This document shows positions 27,043 to 37,526 of a stretch of DNA of 64,000 nt, one piece after another; the stretch's first letter is position 1; the number at the start of each line of letters is the position of its first letter. Below the pieces are notes generated by a model, which was given only the letters and a program-made list of their open reading frames with translations, was not told where the DNA came from and did not search any database. Made by a program: the position numbers and the translations under genes. The stretch is from a virus. The stretch lies in IMG/VR virus record IMGVR_UViG_3300037882_003535, positions 7,810-71,809 of that record; one strand, given 5' to 3'.

Positions 27043-27515
27043 TGGCGTACTCAACGGTCGAAGAATTCGCGCTTTATTTTGGCGATCGGGAGTCGATTCA
27101 GGTGTCCAATATGGACAATCCAAATGCGACGACGATTAACCGAGTCGCGATCGAATCGGCGTTGAATGTGGCAAGTGAGGAGATTGACGGGTACATTCGG
27201 ACGGCTGGCTATGCAGTGCCGATCGTGCCTTCTCCGTCCGTCCTCGGGCCAAAATGCTGTGACATTGCCCGGTATCGCCTTGATAACTATCGCACTCGCG
27301 AAGAAGTTCGACAGCGGTACATGGATTCGGTGTTTTGGTTGAAAGATGTCGCTACGGGCAAGGTTACGCTCCCGACTGTTCCGTCTACGGGTGGTGGTTC
27401 GGGTGTGCCGGGTGATGGGTCATCTGGCGGCCTTCAGGAAAAGCCATTGTGTCGCTTTTATACGGTCGATCGGGTCTTTTCGGGCAAGGTTACGTTTCCC
27501 TATAGGGGGTATTGA
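27042..27515 (+). CDS. head-tail connector (Mu gp36/DUF1320)
   Basis: ASEEIDGYI, CCDIARYRL, RYMDSVFWLKDVATGK. Confidence 0.85.
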   Translation: MAYSTVEEFALYFGDRESIQVSNMDNPNATTINRVAIESALNVASEEIDGYIRTAGYAVPIVPSPSVLGPKCCDIARYRLDNYRTREEVRQRYMDSVFWLKDVATGKVTLPTVPSTGGGSGVPGDGSSGGLQEKPLCRFYTVDRVFSGKVTFPYRGY

Positions 27516-28240
27516 TGCCACAGTTGGTCGGCACGATTAATTTAGAGGCTCATGCACGGACGGACTGGAGCTACGAATTCCCCACAACTCGGGATGACGA
27601 CGGAAATCTGATCACGTCGGCGAATGCCGGACGAATGCAGGTCCGGGATAGCTTCGGGACTCTTCATGCCGAGGCTTTCGTGAATATTGGCGACGACGGG
27701 AAACCGATCGCGCACATCTCCCGCAATGACCTATTGCAGGCGGGACAATATCTCTACGACGTAATTATTGAAAGCACGATCGGTTTTCGATCGAAACGCT
27801 ACTCTGGAAATCTCCGAGTTTTGGAGACTGTTACTGAATGGTCTGGACTCGAACCCACGAACCAAAACCCCAACCCAACCCTTGCTAGAGTTGCAATTTC
27901 CTACCGATCGGCGGTGGTTGAACCGATCGCGGGACACCGAGTCCTTTCGACGGTTAACGGGAATCCAGTGTTGGCAGATTTTATGGATACCCAGTTGGCG
28001 AACTCGGTGCTGGGATTGAGCCTGAATGCGGCGGCGATCGGTCAACGCCTTGCGATCGCGACCTATGGAGAAATCACCGAGGTCTCTTGGAATTGGGTTC
28101 CAAATCTGCCTATTTTTTTAGCGGGCGATGGACTGATGACTCAGACAGCCCCGACGCTTGGGGCGTTGCTCCGAGTGGCCTATGCCCAAACAGCGAAAAC
28201 CATTTTCTTTAATCCTGGACCTGTCATTATCCGGAATTAA
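27515..28240 (+). CDS. virion structural protein (BppU-like N-domain + DUF2190-like C-domain)
   Basis: GQYLYDV motif; LGLSLNAAAIG..TYGEI..WNW..PIFLAGDG. Confidence 0.65.
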   Translation: MPQLVGTINLEAHARTDWSYEFPTTRDDDGNLITSANAGRMQVRDSFGTLHAEAFVNIGDDGKPIAHISRNDLLQAGQYLYDVIIESTIGFRSKRYSGNLRVLETVTEWSGLEPTNQNPNPTLARVAISYRSAVVEPIAGHRVLSTVNGNPVLADFMDTQLANSVLGLSLNAAAIGQRLAIATYGEITEVSWNWVPNLPIFLAGDGLMTQTAPTLGALLRVAYAQTAKTIFFNPGPVIIRN

Positions 28241-28275
28241 AGAAGCACAGAATTACAGATTTAAGGAGAAAGTTT

Positions 28276-28803
28276 ATGCCATCTAGCAAGTATCTTGCGG
28301 TCAATACAGCCGGAAATCAGGTTGAACAGTCTGCGATCTCGTCGAGCACGGGCACCGCAAGTGCAGGTGGATTGGTCGCCCTGGACGAACAAGGAAAGCT
28401 GAATCCGACCCTTTTCCCATCTGGAATTGGTGGCGCGACTCAGCCTGCGATCGCCTCCGAAGAACTCGCCGCAGGTGCTCAGGTGAATTTCTGGGAGGAT
28501 GCGGGCGTGATGAAAATCCGAAATGCAGACGCTTCAGGCGGCCACGGGAAGCGATCGGATGGATACGTTTCGGCGGCGGTAACGGCGGGTGGTGTGGCTG
28601 CGGTCCAGACCGACAACGGAACCATTATTGCTGGTTTGACTGGACTGATTCAGGGGCAGACTTATTTCCTCAGCCCGACAAGTCCAGGCGGATTGACTCT
28701 GACTCCTCCGACAACAGCCGGACATCTGCTTCAAATCATTGGGAAGGCGCTCACTTCCACTACGCTCAAATTTGAGCCATCTGAAGGCATTACTAGAGGC
28801 TAG
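28276..28803 (+). CDS. virion decoration protein (DUF2190-like)
   Basis: VALDEQGKL, ASEELAAG, GLIQGQTYFLS, QIIGKA. Confidence 0.65.
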   Translation: MPSSKYLAVNTAGNQVEQSAISSSTGTASAGGLVALDEQGKLNPTLFPSGIGGATQPAIASEELAAGAQVNFWEDAGVMKIRNADASGGHGKRSDGYVSAAVTAGGVAAVQTDNGTIIAGLTGLIQGQTYFLSPTSPGGLTLTPPTTAGHLLQIIGKALTSTTLKFEPSEGITRG

Positions 28804-28806
28804 GTT

Positions 28807-29157
28807 ATGCGATTCCTTGCGATCGGTGAAAGCGGGCGAACCGGGGAAATCAACTTGGTTTCCTCCGGTCGTTCTGTGGTCACTCGCAATGGGGTTTCGC
28901 CTGCGACAGTGGGGGAGAAAAAACAGGTCTTTGCTGAAAATGTCAGCCGTCTATCGTTTCGGATTCAGAACCGATCGGTGACGGCTGTTTTGGTGATTTG
29001 GGAGGGGGCGATCGGTGCTGAGACGGAGTTGATCCGGTTGCAGCCTGGAACGGTTCCTGATGCGGGTGATTTGGCTATTTGCAGTAGCGTTAAAAATCGA
29101 ATCAGCCTTTCGTCTACTGGTAGCGAAACCCCTTACTACGCAGGTGAAACGCTATGA
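28807..29157 (+). CDS. hypothetical structural protein
   Basis: 116 aa in the late operon. Confidence 0.65.
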   Translation: MRFLAIGESGRTGEINLVSSGRSVVTRNGVSPATVGEKKQVFAENVSRLSFRIQNRSVTAVLVIWEGAIGAETELIRLQPGTVPDAGDLAICSSVKNRISLSSTGSETPYYAGETL

Positions 29158-31532
29158 CGATCGCGGTGGATAGTGCTCTAAAACGAGTCACAATTTCGGG
29201 GACAAGTGAAGCGTCTCCCCAGTCGATCGAATCGGTGATTGATGCCGTCGTGGCGATCGATCCGATAAATGCAAACCGAGTGGGTTCCAGTGGATGGATC
29301 AGTTCCAGTTGGCAAATCTTGTTCGCGCAACCGACCGACTTTTTGATTATTAGCGCGTTTTTCACTTGCGAATTTCGATCGACGGCGGCGATTCGATTGG
29401 TGGGGAGTTTGATTCTGGATGTCGCTTGTACGTTGATTTTTGCGAGATCGTCGGGGCTTGGCTCTGGCAACTTTGCGACGTTCCAGGATGCGCGGTGCAA
29501 ACTCGTGACTCGGCGGTATAGGGGGTTTGTGAATCCTAAGGTGATTGTGAATTGTGGGGCTTCGCGATCGGATATCTTTGGGTCGTTTTCAGCGTCGATT
29601 CTTCCGGCTCATAGCATCGAGGGACTCGATCTGATTTATCAGAGTGGGAGTTCTGGTTTTCTGAAACTGTTTTTCAGCGGTTCTGCGTCGGTGAACAATA
29701 TTTTTGCGGCGGGAAGTCCGATCGCAATTCAGCAGTTTTCAGGTGTGGTGGCGACGGAGGCGGGATGCCCGACGTTCAACGGATTGTATTTGGAACGCAA
29801 TGATATTAGCGGAGAGATCGCCCCAGGTGAGCGATATATTCGCCTCGTAAATTGCACGTTTGCGGGGACGGGAGATCTATTTATTAACTACCGATCGACG
29901 GCATTTGTTGTCGTTGATCCGGTCTTTCAAAATGGCATTCCTGGAAGTCTCGGGGCTTCCGATAATGCCGGAAATTTGAATGCTCGACAGGAATTGAGAT
30001 TCACTTACAAGCTAAATTTCTTGGATACCTCGGGGTCTCCCGTGGCAGGTGCTCGGGTGAGATTTCTGCGGAATGATGGATTTACGATCGATGAGCAGTC
30101 CCCGATCTCTGGCGTGATCGGAACGAAGGAGCTGCGGACCCGATCGAAGCCATTGGATTCAACCTTGGCGGCTCGTCCGGTGGTGGCGTGGACTCTGCAT
30201 CAGTGGACGGTGATTCAGCGGCATTATCAGTATTTGTCGAGTGCGGATACGTTGGATTTGGCTGTGGTGTTCGATCGCCCGATCTCCAAAATGGTGACGT
30301 TGTTCGCTGACGCTAATATTAGCCTGACTGAAGTGTTGGCGGCGGCGATCGTTGGGGTGTCTTTCGATAAGGCCACCAAGGCGGTGACGATCGCAGGGAA
30401 TTCCCTTTCGCAAATCTATCATCGCTATCGCCAGTGGATCTCTCAATATGAAAACTTCGATACTCCCGTTTTTCTAAAAGCATCCGCTGACACGATCGAA
30501 GTGTTCAATGGATGGACTCTGAAATTCACGTCACCACCAACCCCGAGCAGTGTCTTGAAGCGGGTCAAGGTTTCGGGTGGGGCGATCGCTTTGGCTGCGG
30601 GAGATTACCGATCGGTGCCGTTTTTTGCGGCGGGTGCGGTGGTGACGGTTGCGCCGGGGGAGACAAATTTAATTGGTTCAACCTTTGCTCCAGGGACTTC
30701 GATCGTGACGCCTGCGGGTGGAGCTGCGGTGGTGACGGTTGACCTGTTGCAATTGGCGATGGCTGCGGCAGGAACTGGGGTTACAGTGCAAGCGCCTCCG
30801 GTGGAGTTTTATGGATTTCCGACGTTGCCAAACCCTAACGGCATTGCACCTGCGGCGACCTTTGGTGTGCAGGATGTCGCCTCGGGGCAATGGCGGACCT
30901 ATGATGCCTCGTCCGGCTCCGTTAAAATTGTCCTCCCAACGATCGCGACAGGCAATTCCTTGCTAGTTCGAGCGGATGCGGTGGGCTACTACCGAACAGT
31001 AGACGTGGTGATTCCCCGCGATCGATCGGACTCGTTTAATTTTGCACCGCTTTTCGTTCCCGTTGTGGATGACCAGGGCGTTCCGATCGTAGGCAAAGGA
31101 ATCCCCTCTGAGAAAGCTCGGATCACTTTCAACCCGTCTCCGCCTCGCCTTGAGTTCGCAGCGGGTCCGATTTCGTTTGCGTCGTTCGTAGATAAAGTCG
31201 AGGAAATCACATCCTCACAGGCGGGACTGCTGGCGTTTGCAGAAATTATTCGAGATTTGAAATTCCAGAAAAACATCTATGCTCAGGTCGCTAAAATCCC
31301 TCTGCCTCTGACGATCTCAGCGGCGGCGGGGGCGCTGACGAGTCCGATTTTGATGGACTTTGTTGCGGTGCGATTTGGGGAAGAATCCCAAGATGTTTTT
31401 GAGCATGGATTGCCCTCGACGGCGGCGGGACTGACCGATCGTCCGGAGGTGAGGGAAAACATGTCCAAGATGATCTCTGGCACTAGTCAAGCGACGGCTT
31501 CTAGGGCGTCTCCAACGGTTTACATCATTTAG
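29154..31532 (+). CDS. large beta-rich virion appendage protein
   Basis: 792 aa, ATGA coupling, beta-strand-rich composition. Confidence 0.7.
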   Translation: MTIAVDSALKRVTISGTSEASPQSIESVIDAVVAIDPINANRVGSSGWISSSWQILFAQPTDFLIISAFFTCEFRSTAAIRLVGSLILDVACTLIFARSSGLGSGNFATFQDARCKLVTRRYRGFVNPKVIVNCGASRSDIFGSFSASILPAHSIEGLDLIYQSGSSGFLKLFFSGSASVNNIFAAGSPIAIQQFSGVVATEAGCPTFNGLYLERNDISGEIAPGERYIRLVNCTFAGTGDLFINYRSTAFVVVDPVFQNGIPGSLGASDNAGNLNARQELRFTYKLNFLDTSGSPVAGARVRFLRNDGFTIDEQSPISGVIGTKELRTRSKPLDSTLAARPVVAWTLHQWTVIQRHYQYLSSADTLDLAVVFDRPISKMVTLFADANISLTEVLAAAIVGVSFDKATKAVTIAGNSLSQIYHRYRQWISQYENFDTPVFLKASADTIEVFNGWTLKFTSPPTPSSVLKRVKVSGGAIALAAGDYRSVPFFAAGAVVTVAPGETNLIGSTFAPGTSIVTPAGGAAVVTVDLLQLAMAAAGTGVTVQAPPVEFYGFPTLPNPNGIAPAATFGVQDVASGQWRTYDASSGSVKIVLPTIATGNSLLVRADAVGYYRTVDVVIPRDRSDSFNFAPLFVPVVDDQGVPIVGKGIPSEKARITFNPSPPRLEFAAGPISFASFVDKVEEITSSQAGLLAFAEIIRDLKFQKNIYAQVAKIPLPLTISAAAGALTSPILMDFVAVRFGEESQDVFEHGLPSTAAGLTDRPEVRENMSKMISGTSQATASRASPTVYII

Positions 31533-31615
31533 ATTTTCTTGCCATCGGGTCAGACTCCGGTACCGATGGCAGTCACCGGAACCATAAAACTCACTCGCGC
31601 GAGAATTTTAGATTT

Positions 31616-33241
31616 ATGTCAACGCTCTTCAACTCGAACACCTACGTCCGCTTACTGAATGGAGTCCTCTCCTATTCTCTTGATAACGAGGCGACTTGGG
31701 TTCAGTTAGCCTCTAGCGTCGTATCGACATGGGGGATGCCGAATGCTCCGAATAGTCCCGAACTCGAATTATTTTTCCAACTCTCAGACGGTAGCTACAA
31801 ATATGCTGCATCCCCGACCTACGCGGTGACGGCGAGCACTCAAGCTGTTTATGCTGGCGCTGAAAATGGTGGCGTTGAAGTTCAGCCCGGTGGTGTCCCT
31901 GTAACGTTAAATCCTGTTATTCCTCCCTCTACTGCCTCAACAGAAAGTATTCCGGTCCTCTCTACCCTGAATCTGATGGGCGTTAGCCGGGTGGAGGGTT
32001 CACTTCCCTCTGAGGCTGATGGACAGGTCGTCATCCATGAACAATTGGTCTCTTTTGAGCAGGCAGTCGATCAGTCGATCGCTCAATTGACTCAAGTTCT
32101 GGGCACTAAAATCACCGGACCTGAAGCGACGACGATCGCAACTCAGATCGTCACTGCTGCGGTTGCTGGCTTACAGAATGCCCAACAGGTGCAGACTGCG
32201 ATCGGCTTGGCTATTGCGAGTTTAGATGAAGTTCTGTCGATCCCCGTCAAACGGGTTTTCTCGGGCAGCTTAGCCAACATTGTCACGACTGACCTCGTTC
32301 CCGGTGACGGAAACCTTGAAGGTCTTGCTACGAGCGGAGTGCTGGTACAGTCTCCGAACGTTGGCGAGTCTGGTATTTATTACCTCAACCAGTCCGGCAA
32401 TCTCGTCAACTACACTGAGTCCCTAATTGAACAGGGGCTGGAAGTCGGCACATGGATTTGGGCTGAGGTCGCAGACGGCGAGACGCTTGCCTATCGCGTA
32501 ATTGACATCACCCCGTTTACTGCGCGTGCGGTTGCAGCGCCTGCGGCCTACTCCGATGAAATTACGAATGGGGTTCATGTTGATCCGGTCACTCGAAAGA
32601 TCTTCCTTTCCGTTGACCCCGATCAGTTCGCATTTGATGCCCAACGTCGCCTCGTTCTGGCCTCGGCAATCAAGGCGGCGATCGACATGGTTCCACTCCT
32701 CGAAGACGAGGTTTCGGCGCAAGCATTGCAGCTTTCCACTCTGCAAACTCAAGTTGCAGCTCAGGCTGCTGCTGCTGTCTTGCTTGCGAACCGTGTGATG
32801 GCTGTTGAATCCGAAAACGGGATTCAGGCGCAGACGCTGATCACTCAGGCCCAGGTTCAGCAAACTCAAGCGGGGCAGATTCAGGGTCTAGATACTCGGA
32901 CGACGGCGCTTGAAACTGGCAAGGTTGACAAATCCAGTGTTCGATCGAACGTTCTTTTCAACGTCGTCAATGGCGTTCCTCAGAACCTTGACGGCTCCGC
33001 GTGTTCCTTTGTGTTGTTGGCTGCTGGTAGCACGATCTCGAAAGGGTTGTACGACGTGACCCATAACCTCGGTTGGATGCCTCAGGTGCAGGTCGTTGCA
33101 TTGAATGAAAATGGTCATCCGATGCATGAGGCGATCGCGAACACTTGGAGCGAATCTGAAACGGTTCGTCGTGTCGCGATTCCTAAATCTGGCTCCTATC
33201 GTGTGCAGCTTGCAGGCTCCACGGGTGGCGTTTTTTTCTAA
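31616..33241 (+). CDS. fibre-like protein with coiled-coil shaft
   Basis: 541 aa; heptads QIQGLDTRTTALETGKVDK; C-terminal VTHNLG motif. Confidence 0.7.
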   Translation: MSTLFNSNTYVRLLNGVLSYSLDNEATWVQLASSVVSTWGMPNAPNSPELELFFQLSDGSYKYAASPTYAVTASTQAVYAGAENGGVEVQPGGVPVTLNPVIPPSTASTESIPVLSTLNLMGVSRVEGSLPSEADGQVVIHEQLVSFEQAVDQSIAQLTQVLGTKITGPEATTIATQIVTAAVAGLQNAQQVQTAIGLAIASLDEVLSIPVKRVFSGSLANIVTTDLVPGDGNLEGLATSGVLVQSPNVGESGIYYLNQSGNLVNYTESLIEQGLEVGTWIWAEVADGETLAYRVIDITPFTARAVAAPAAYSDEITNGVHVDPVTRKIFLSVDPDQFAFDAQRRLVLASAIKAAIDMVPLLEDEVSAQALQLSTLQTQVAAQAAAAVLLANRVMAVESENGIQAQTLITQAQVQQTQAGQIQGLDTRTTALETGKVDKSSVRSNVLFNVVNGVPQNLDGSACSFVLLAAGSTISKGLYDVTHNLGWMPQVQVVALNENGHPMHEAIANTWSESETVRRVAIPKSGSYRVQLAGSTGGVFF

Positions 33242-33306
33242 CTAGCCTCTTCGGTGGTGGGGGATCTAATCCCCCTGCGTCCGGAGGGGCTACGACGGGA
33301 TGGACA

Positions 33307-34302
33307 ATGTATCAAGGGACTAGCTACAGGTTAAACAACGGTGCGATCGAACGTAATCAGAATGGAGTAATCACCTCCAGCCCTAATTACAACGCGATCG
33401 CCGCCTTGATTAAGTTTGATGCTGAAGATTCGATGTTAAATCTTTGGTTTAAAAACCCCACAGAAACAGCATTGATAGAACAAATTGATTTGGTAGATCT
33501 CTTAGTTCAATCTCCGGCATTTGGCTATCAAAACTATGAGGCTTATGCTGCCACTTCAGGATCAGGTTATGACGAATCTGCAATAATTCTGGGCAATCAA
33601 GTAGTGCTTTCCACTGCTGATCCGATCGATGGTGAGCAGGTGCCTGGAATGGTTGAATCTGTCCGCTTTAACGCAGGGACTCTTGAGTATGGCGTTGCAG
33701 GTACTTGGACGATCGTACCTGGGGCAACTGGTCTCGAACGATCGTTGCTGGCTGATGACGGCACGATTTTCAACAAATCTCAGGACGGCGTGACCTATAC
33801 CAAGGTCGTTCCGGGGGAATGGTTGATGTTGCCGACTGATGGAGGCATGTTCGCGAATGTTGCGAGTGACCCAGGGTCTGTATTGTTGGGTGTTTATGAT
33901 TCATCAGTCACGCCAACACCTCCCTCTGGCGGTTCGGGTTCCGGTGGGGGATCTAATCCGCCGATCGTTGGCTATGAGGCATTGACGGGAGACAGGTGGG
34001 TTCCGTTTGGTGATGGATACAGGTATGCTCGATTCAAAAACGGAGTAATCGACGTTTCTTGGATCGAGTCTCCAAGCTCACCACCAAACGCGAATGCGGC
34101 CCGTGAATTTGGATTTTTCCGTGACACGCCTGGAGGTGAGCTAACAGGGATTCTGAACGGTTTTATACTGAGTGAATTCTGTTACGTGTCGATGCCCGGA
34201 GGACTGTACTTCAAGGCTCAGGCAAATGGATGGACAGCCATCTCTATCCCTGAATCCGAGTATCTACAGGCACTAGCAAATCCGCTGAAGCTGAACTTCT
34301 AA
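33307..34302 (+). CDS. hypothetical structural protein with internal repeats
   Basis: 331 aa; repeated R(L/F)xN(G/A) motifs shared with the N-terminus of the 31616 protein. Confidence 0.65.
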   Translation: MYQGTSYRLNNGAIERNQNGVITSSPNYNAIAALIKFDAEDSMLNLWFKNPTETALIEQIDLVDLLVQSPAFGYQNYEAYAATSGSGYDESAIILGNQVVLSTADPIDGEQVPGMVESVRFNAGTLEYGVAGTWTIVPGATGLERSLLADDGTIFNKSQDGVTYTKVVPGEWLMLPTDGGMFANVASDPGSVLLGVYDSSVTPTPPSGGSGSGGGSNPPIVGYEALTGDRWVPFGDGYRYARFKNGVIDVSWIESPSSPPNANAAREFGFFRDTPGGELTGILNGFILSEFCYVSMPGGLYFKAQANGWTAISIPESEYLQALANPLKLNF

Positions 34303-34303
34303 G

Positions 34304-34945
34304 ATGCTAGAACACATCGAAAATGCGATCGTAGGGAGAATCCTTCACACGTTGGATTCTCCAAATATCAAAGTTGCCGCCTTCCCCGAGAAGGCGAAAG
34401 AATTCGATCGTCCAAATCCAACGGGGCAAGTCCTTATAGGCTATAAGCGATCGGTTTTTAAGATGATTTCGGAACAGCCCTTGACCATGCATCAGGACGC
34501 TGATTTTGAATTGTCATTGCAGTTTCAGGATTTACGATCGCACGTCGGAGCCTATCCGATCCTCGATCGGCTTCGCGTTTCTCTACTTGGGTTTATCCCC
34601 ATTCAGGGGAACGTGAAGGGGCTTCGTCCGGTGTCTGAAAACTTTGCGGACTTGGATAACGGGACTTGGTATTACAACGCTATTTATCGTTTGCCACTGA
34701 TCCACAATGTGGCATTTAATGCCTACCAACCGAATGACCCATGGGATCCTAAAGACCCATGGGACGACCCGTTTAAACCATTGCCTGAATGGGCGATCGA
34801 TCCTGATCAGAATGAATGGTGGCGCAATCCAGAACCGATCGTCACCATTCGATCGGGCACATGGGTTATCAAACGGGGAACACTCCCGCAAACGGATCAG
34901 AGCCGTTTCGATCGTGAATTTGTCATCCAAGCCAGACAAGAGTAG
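34304..34945 (+). CDS. tail terminator/completion protein (Mu gp37-like)
   Basis: IENAIVGRI, GAYPILDRLRVSLLGF, GTWYY. Confidence 0.75.
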   Translation: MLEHIENAIVGRILHTLDSPNIKVAAFPEKAKEFDRPNPTGQVLIGYKRSVFKMISEQPLTMHQDADFELSLQFQDLRSHVGAYPILDRLRVSLLGFIPIQGNVKGLRPVSENFADLDNGTWYYNAIYRLPLIHNVAFNAYQPNDPWDPKDPWDDPFKPLPEWAIDPDQNEWWRNPEPIVTIRSGTWVIKRGTLPQTDQSRFDREFVIQARQE

Positions 34946-34947
34946 TT

Positions 34948-36126
34948 ATGCCAACTCCGTTAAATATCAACACAATCACCGCTCCGGGTGTATATGTTTC
35001 GGAGAACACCGTGGGGGCTATCCCTGCGGGGTTAAGTAGCTTTAACTGCTGCTACATGATCGGAACGGCGACGGCGGGCGTAGAAAAAACACCGACTCAG
35101 GTGGTGAGCTTGGCTGATTTTACGAATCAGTTTCCGGGTAGCCCTTCCCTGAAGTCGGTGCGTTTGTTTTTTCGCAATTATCCTAGCGGCGTTCTATTCT
35201 TCGTCCGCGCTCAAGCTTCGACGGCGATCGAGTTTGTAGAAGCGATCGAGGAATCGTTCGATCCGGATATCCACGAAGCGGGCTTCCTAATCTGTCCTGA
35301 GGCATTTGAGAATCTAGCATTGGCGAACGATCGTTTGATCGTTGCAACAATGATGGAAAATCTCTGCGCCACTGAGGGATACGATTGGTGCTGTTTCTGG
35401 GATTGCGGGCCTCCTACGGTCGTTGACACGCCTGCGGAGTACAACATCGAAGGAGGGACCTACAACTCTCCCCGTGGTCACGGTTCTTATTTTTATCCCT
35501 ATTTAAAAGACCTTGAGGGGACACTAGTTCCTCCTTCGACGGCGGTGGTAGCGATCGCGCTGCGCCGATATGCAGAACAGGGCTTTGCTCAACCTCCAGC
35601 GGGTAGTGAATATCCGTTGAGGGGTGTTCTGGGTACGGCGGTGAAGATTACACGCAATCATCAGTCAGTGGCGACTCCCATGGGATTGAACGCGCTGCGA
35701 TACTTTCCGAATCAGGGCGTGTTGGTTTACGGCTCGCGCACACGATCGAGCGATCCTTACTATCGATTTATTAATGGTCGAGTGATTCTCAATGTACTGA
35801 ACCGATCGATTCGTCGGGCATTGGGACGGACGGTGTTTAGTTTGGTGGATGGTCAGGGTGTGTTGTTCTCCCGAATTCGGGGTACGGTCCACGCGATTTG
35901 TTACAGCCTTTGGGATGGCGGTGCGCTTTTTGGGGCGACTCCTACCGATGCCTTCTTCGTGAAATGCGATCGGGGCAACAATCCCAACTCAGACCTGTCA
36001 CAAGGTGCGGTGCGGGTGGATACCTACGTTTGCCTGTCTCCGACTCTTGAGAAAATTTTGGCTTCGACCAATGTGACACCGATCGGTGAGTTGGCATTTG
36101 TTTCTGGAGGTTCGCGAGGCGTCTGA
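34948..36126 (+). CDS. contractile tail sheath
   Basis: APGVYVSE, YPYL, PPAG, VYGSRT, GALFGATPTDAFFVKCD. Confidence 0.92.
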   Translation: MPTPLNINTITAPGVYVSENTVGAIPAGLSSFNCCYMIGTATAGVEKTPTQVVSLADFTNQFPGSPSLKSVRLFFRNYPSGVLFFVRAQASTAIEFVEAIEESFDPDIHEAGFLICPEAFENLALANDRLIVATMMENLCATEGYDWCCFWDCGPPTVVDTPAEYNIEGGTYNSPRGHGSYFYPYLKDLEGTLVPPSTAVVAIALRRYAEQGFAQPPAGSEYPLRGVLGTAVKITRNHQSVATPMGLNALRYFPNQGVLVYGSRTRSSDPYYRFINGRVILNVLNRSIRRALGRTVFSLVDGQGVLFSRIRGTVHAICYSLWDGGALFGATPTDAFFVKCDRGNNPNSDLSQGAVRVDTYVCLSPTLEKILASTNVTPIGELAFVSGGSRGV

Positions 36127-36314
36127 TGTATACCCACATTCCCGTTACTGAAGAATCACTCGAATCTGCTGTTCAGACCATTTTGGCAGAGCAGAAAAAA
36201 GCAGGTCGCCCAGAAGACTCTTTGCTATGGGCAGAGGCGCTTTCGATCGCTTCTGCAAGGCTTAGAGAGGCGATCGCTATCAAAGAAATGAAAACCGTAG
36301 AGGGAGAACCCTAA
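36126..36314 (+). CDS. hypothetical small protein
   Basis: 62 aa coupled on both sides (TGATG, TAATG). Confidence 0.6.
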   Translation: MYTHIPVTEESLESAVQTILAEQKKAGRPEDSLLWAEALSIASARLREAIAIKEMKTVEGEP

Positions 36315-36751
36315 TGCCTACCACCACAAATCCGACAACTAAGGCAGGCTTTCTCGTTCAGATGGACGGGTTCGACACCTATTGGGAAACCTTTAGCGGG
36401 ATTGACGATAAAGCTCAAACGTCAGAATGGTCTGATGGTCTTTCAAACCGAGTCTTCAATTTGATTGGCCCAAAAAAAGCGTCTGACGTGACCTTAGGGA
36501 AAGCGTTCGATCCGGAACTAGATAAGCCGATCGTTGACTGGTATTTGAAATTTTGCGATGGGATGAGTGAGCCAAAAACGATCAGCGTCACGCCCGTTCG
36601 GTATTGTCCAGAGCCGGAACCAAGGGGCGCAGCATTGACACTTTATGGGGTGAAACCTTCAGGCTTAAAAGGCTTTGAGGCGGACAAGAAAAGCAACGAT
36701 GTGTCTACACTCGAATTGACTTTCATCGTGGATACCTGGGGGTACGATTAA
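36314..36751 (+). CDS. tail tube protein (T4 gp19-like)
   Basis: FSGI, GPKKASDVTLGK, LELTF; located after the sheath gene. Confidence 0.8.
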   Translation: MPTTTNPTTKAGFLVQMDGFDTYWETFSGIDDKAQTSEWSDGLSNRVFNLIGPKKASDVTLGKAFDPELDKPIVDWYLKFCDGMSEPKTISVTPVRYCPEPEPRGAALTLYGVKPSGLKGFEADKKSNDVSTLELTFIVDTWGYD

Positions 36752-37119
36752 TGCCGGAATATGAAGATGTAGATATGCCGATGACTGGTTCGCTCACTCG
36801 TAGCGATGAGCGTTATATCAGTCAGGGTTTCGCGGTTATCAATAAAAATTTAGATCAGATTCTTTCTCAACTTGACAAATTTGATAAAAAATTTGATAAG
36901 AAAATTGACGACTATTCCGCTAGGACCGATCGGCGCGTTGATAAAAATGAGACCGATATTTCGGCAAACGAAGTTAGAATTACACGCCTTGAAACGTATC
37001 TGAAGATTGGTGGAATGTTAGGTGGCTTTGCTGTCACATTGCTTTCGGGCATTATCGTCAACAACTGGGGCAACCTAACAGCCCCACCGCCCCATCCACC
37101 CTATTCTTATACCAAATGA
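36751..37119 (+). CDS. coiled-coil + C-terminal TM protein (holin/XhlA-like)
   Basis: RITRLET followed by IGGMLGGFAVTLLSGIIV. Confidence 0.6.
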   Translation: MPEYEDVDMPMTGSLTRSDERYISQGFAVINKNLDQILSQLDKFDKKFDKKIDDYSARTDRRVDKNETDISANEVRITRLETYLKIGGMLGGFAVTLLSGIIVNNWGNLTAPPPHPPYSYTK

Positions 37120-37526
37120 CACGCCTTAAGCAAGTGACGATCGAACCTGAACTTGAAGTATCAGGACTCGCCTTTAATTCAGACGAAATTGACCACGAAG
37201 AGACAAAAGACCCAAGCCGAAGAATGCGGCCTGATGGCGTGTTTATTGAAATCTTGGGCGACTATTCAATGCGATTCACTATTCCTGAATCCCTTCATCC
37301 AGGCGGACTAACGATCGTCCTCAAAGATCCGACGCAGGTTGACCTTGAATTTGTGGCTGAATTTAGTAAGGGCAGACCTGAAAAAATGCCCGAAATGATT
37401 AAGCGCTTAGTTTGCCGTCTGTGTACTCAGTGGGGCGATCGTCCGGGTGTCACAGTCCCTATCTATGAAAAGGTTCGATCGAAATTAGCGCAGGTGATTA
37501 TCCAGGAAGTGAGCGCTTTTTTGTAG
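37116..37526 (+). CDS. tail assembly chaperone (G)
   Basis: directly before the tape measure gene; ends in slippery GCT TTT TTG TAG. Confidence 0.75.
   Translation: MTRLKQVTIEPELEVSGLAFNSDEIDHEETKDPSRRMRPDGVFIEILGDYSMRFTIPESLHPGGLTIVLKDPTQVDLEFVAEFSKGRPEKMPEMIKRLVCRLCTQWGDRPGVTVPIYEKVRSKLAQVIIQEVSAFL

Noticed and set aside
13996-27515. Transposable Mu-type phage
   Set aside because: The head genes are Mu-like, but no MuA/MuB is visible in the window and TerL is GpA-like; cannot be excluded for sequence outside the window
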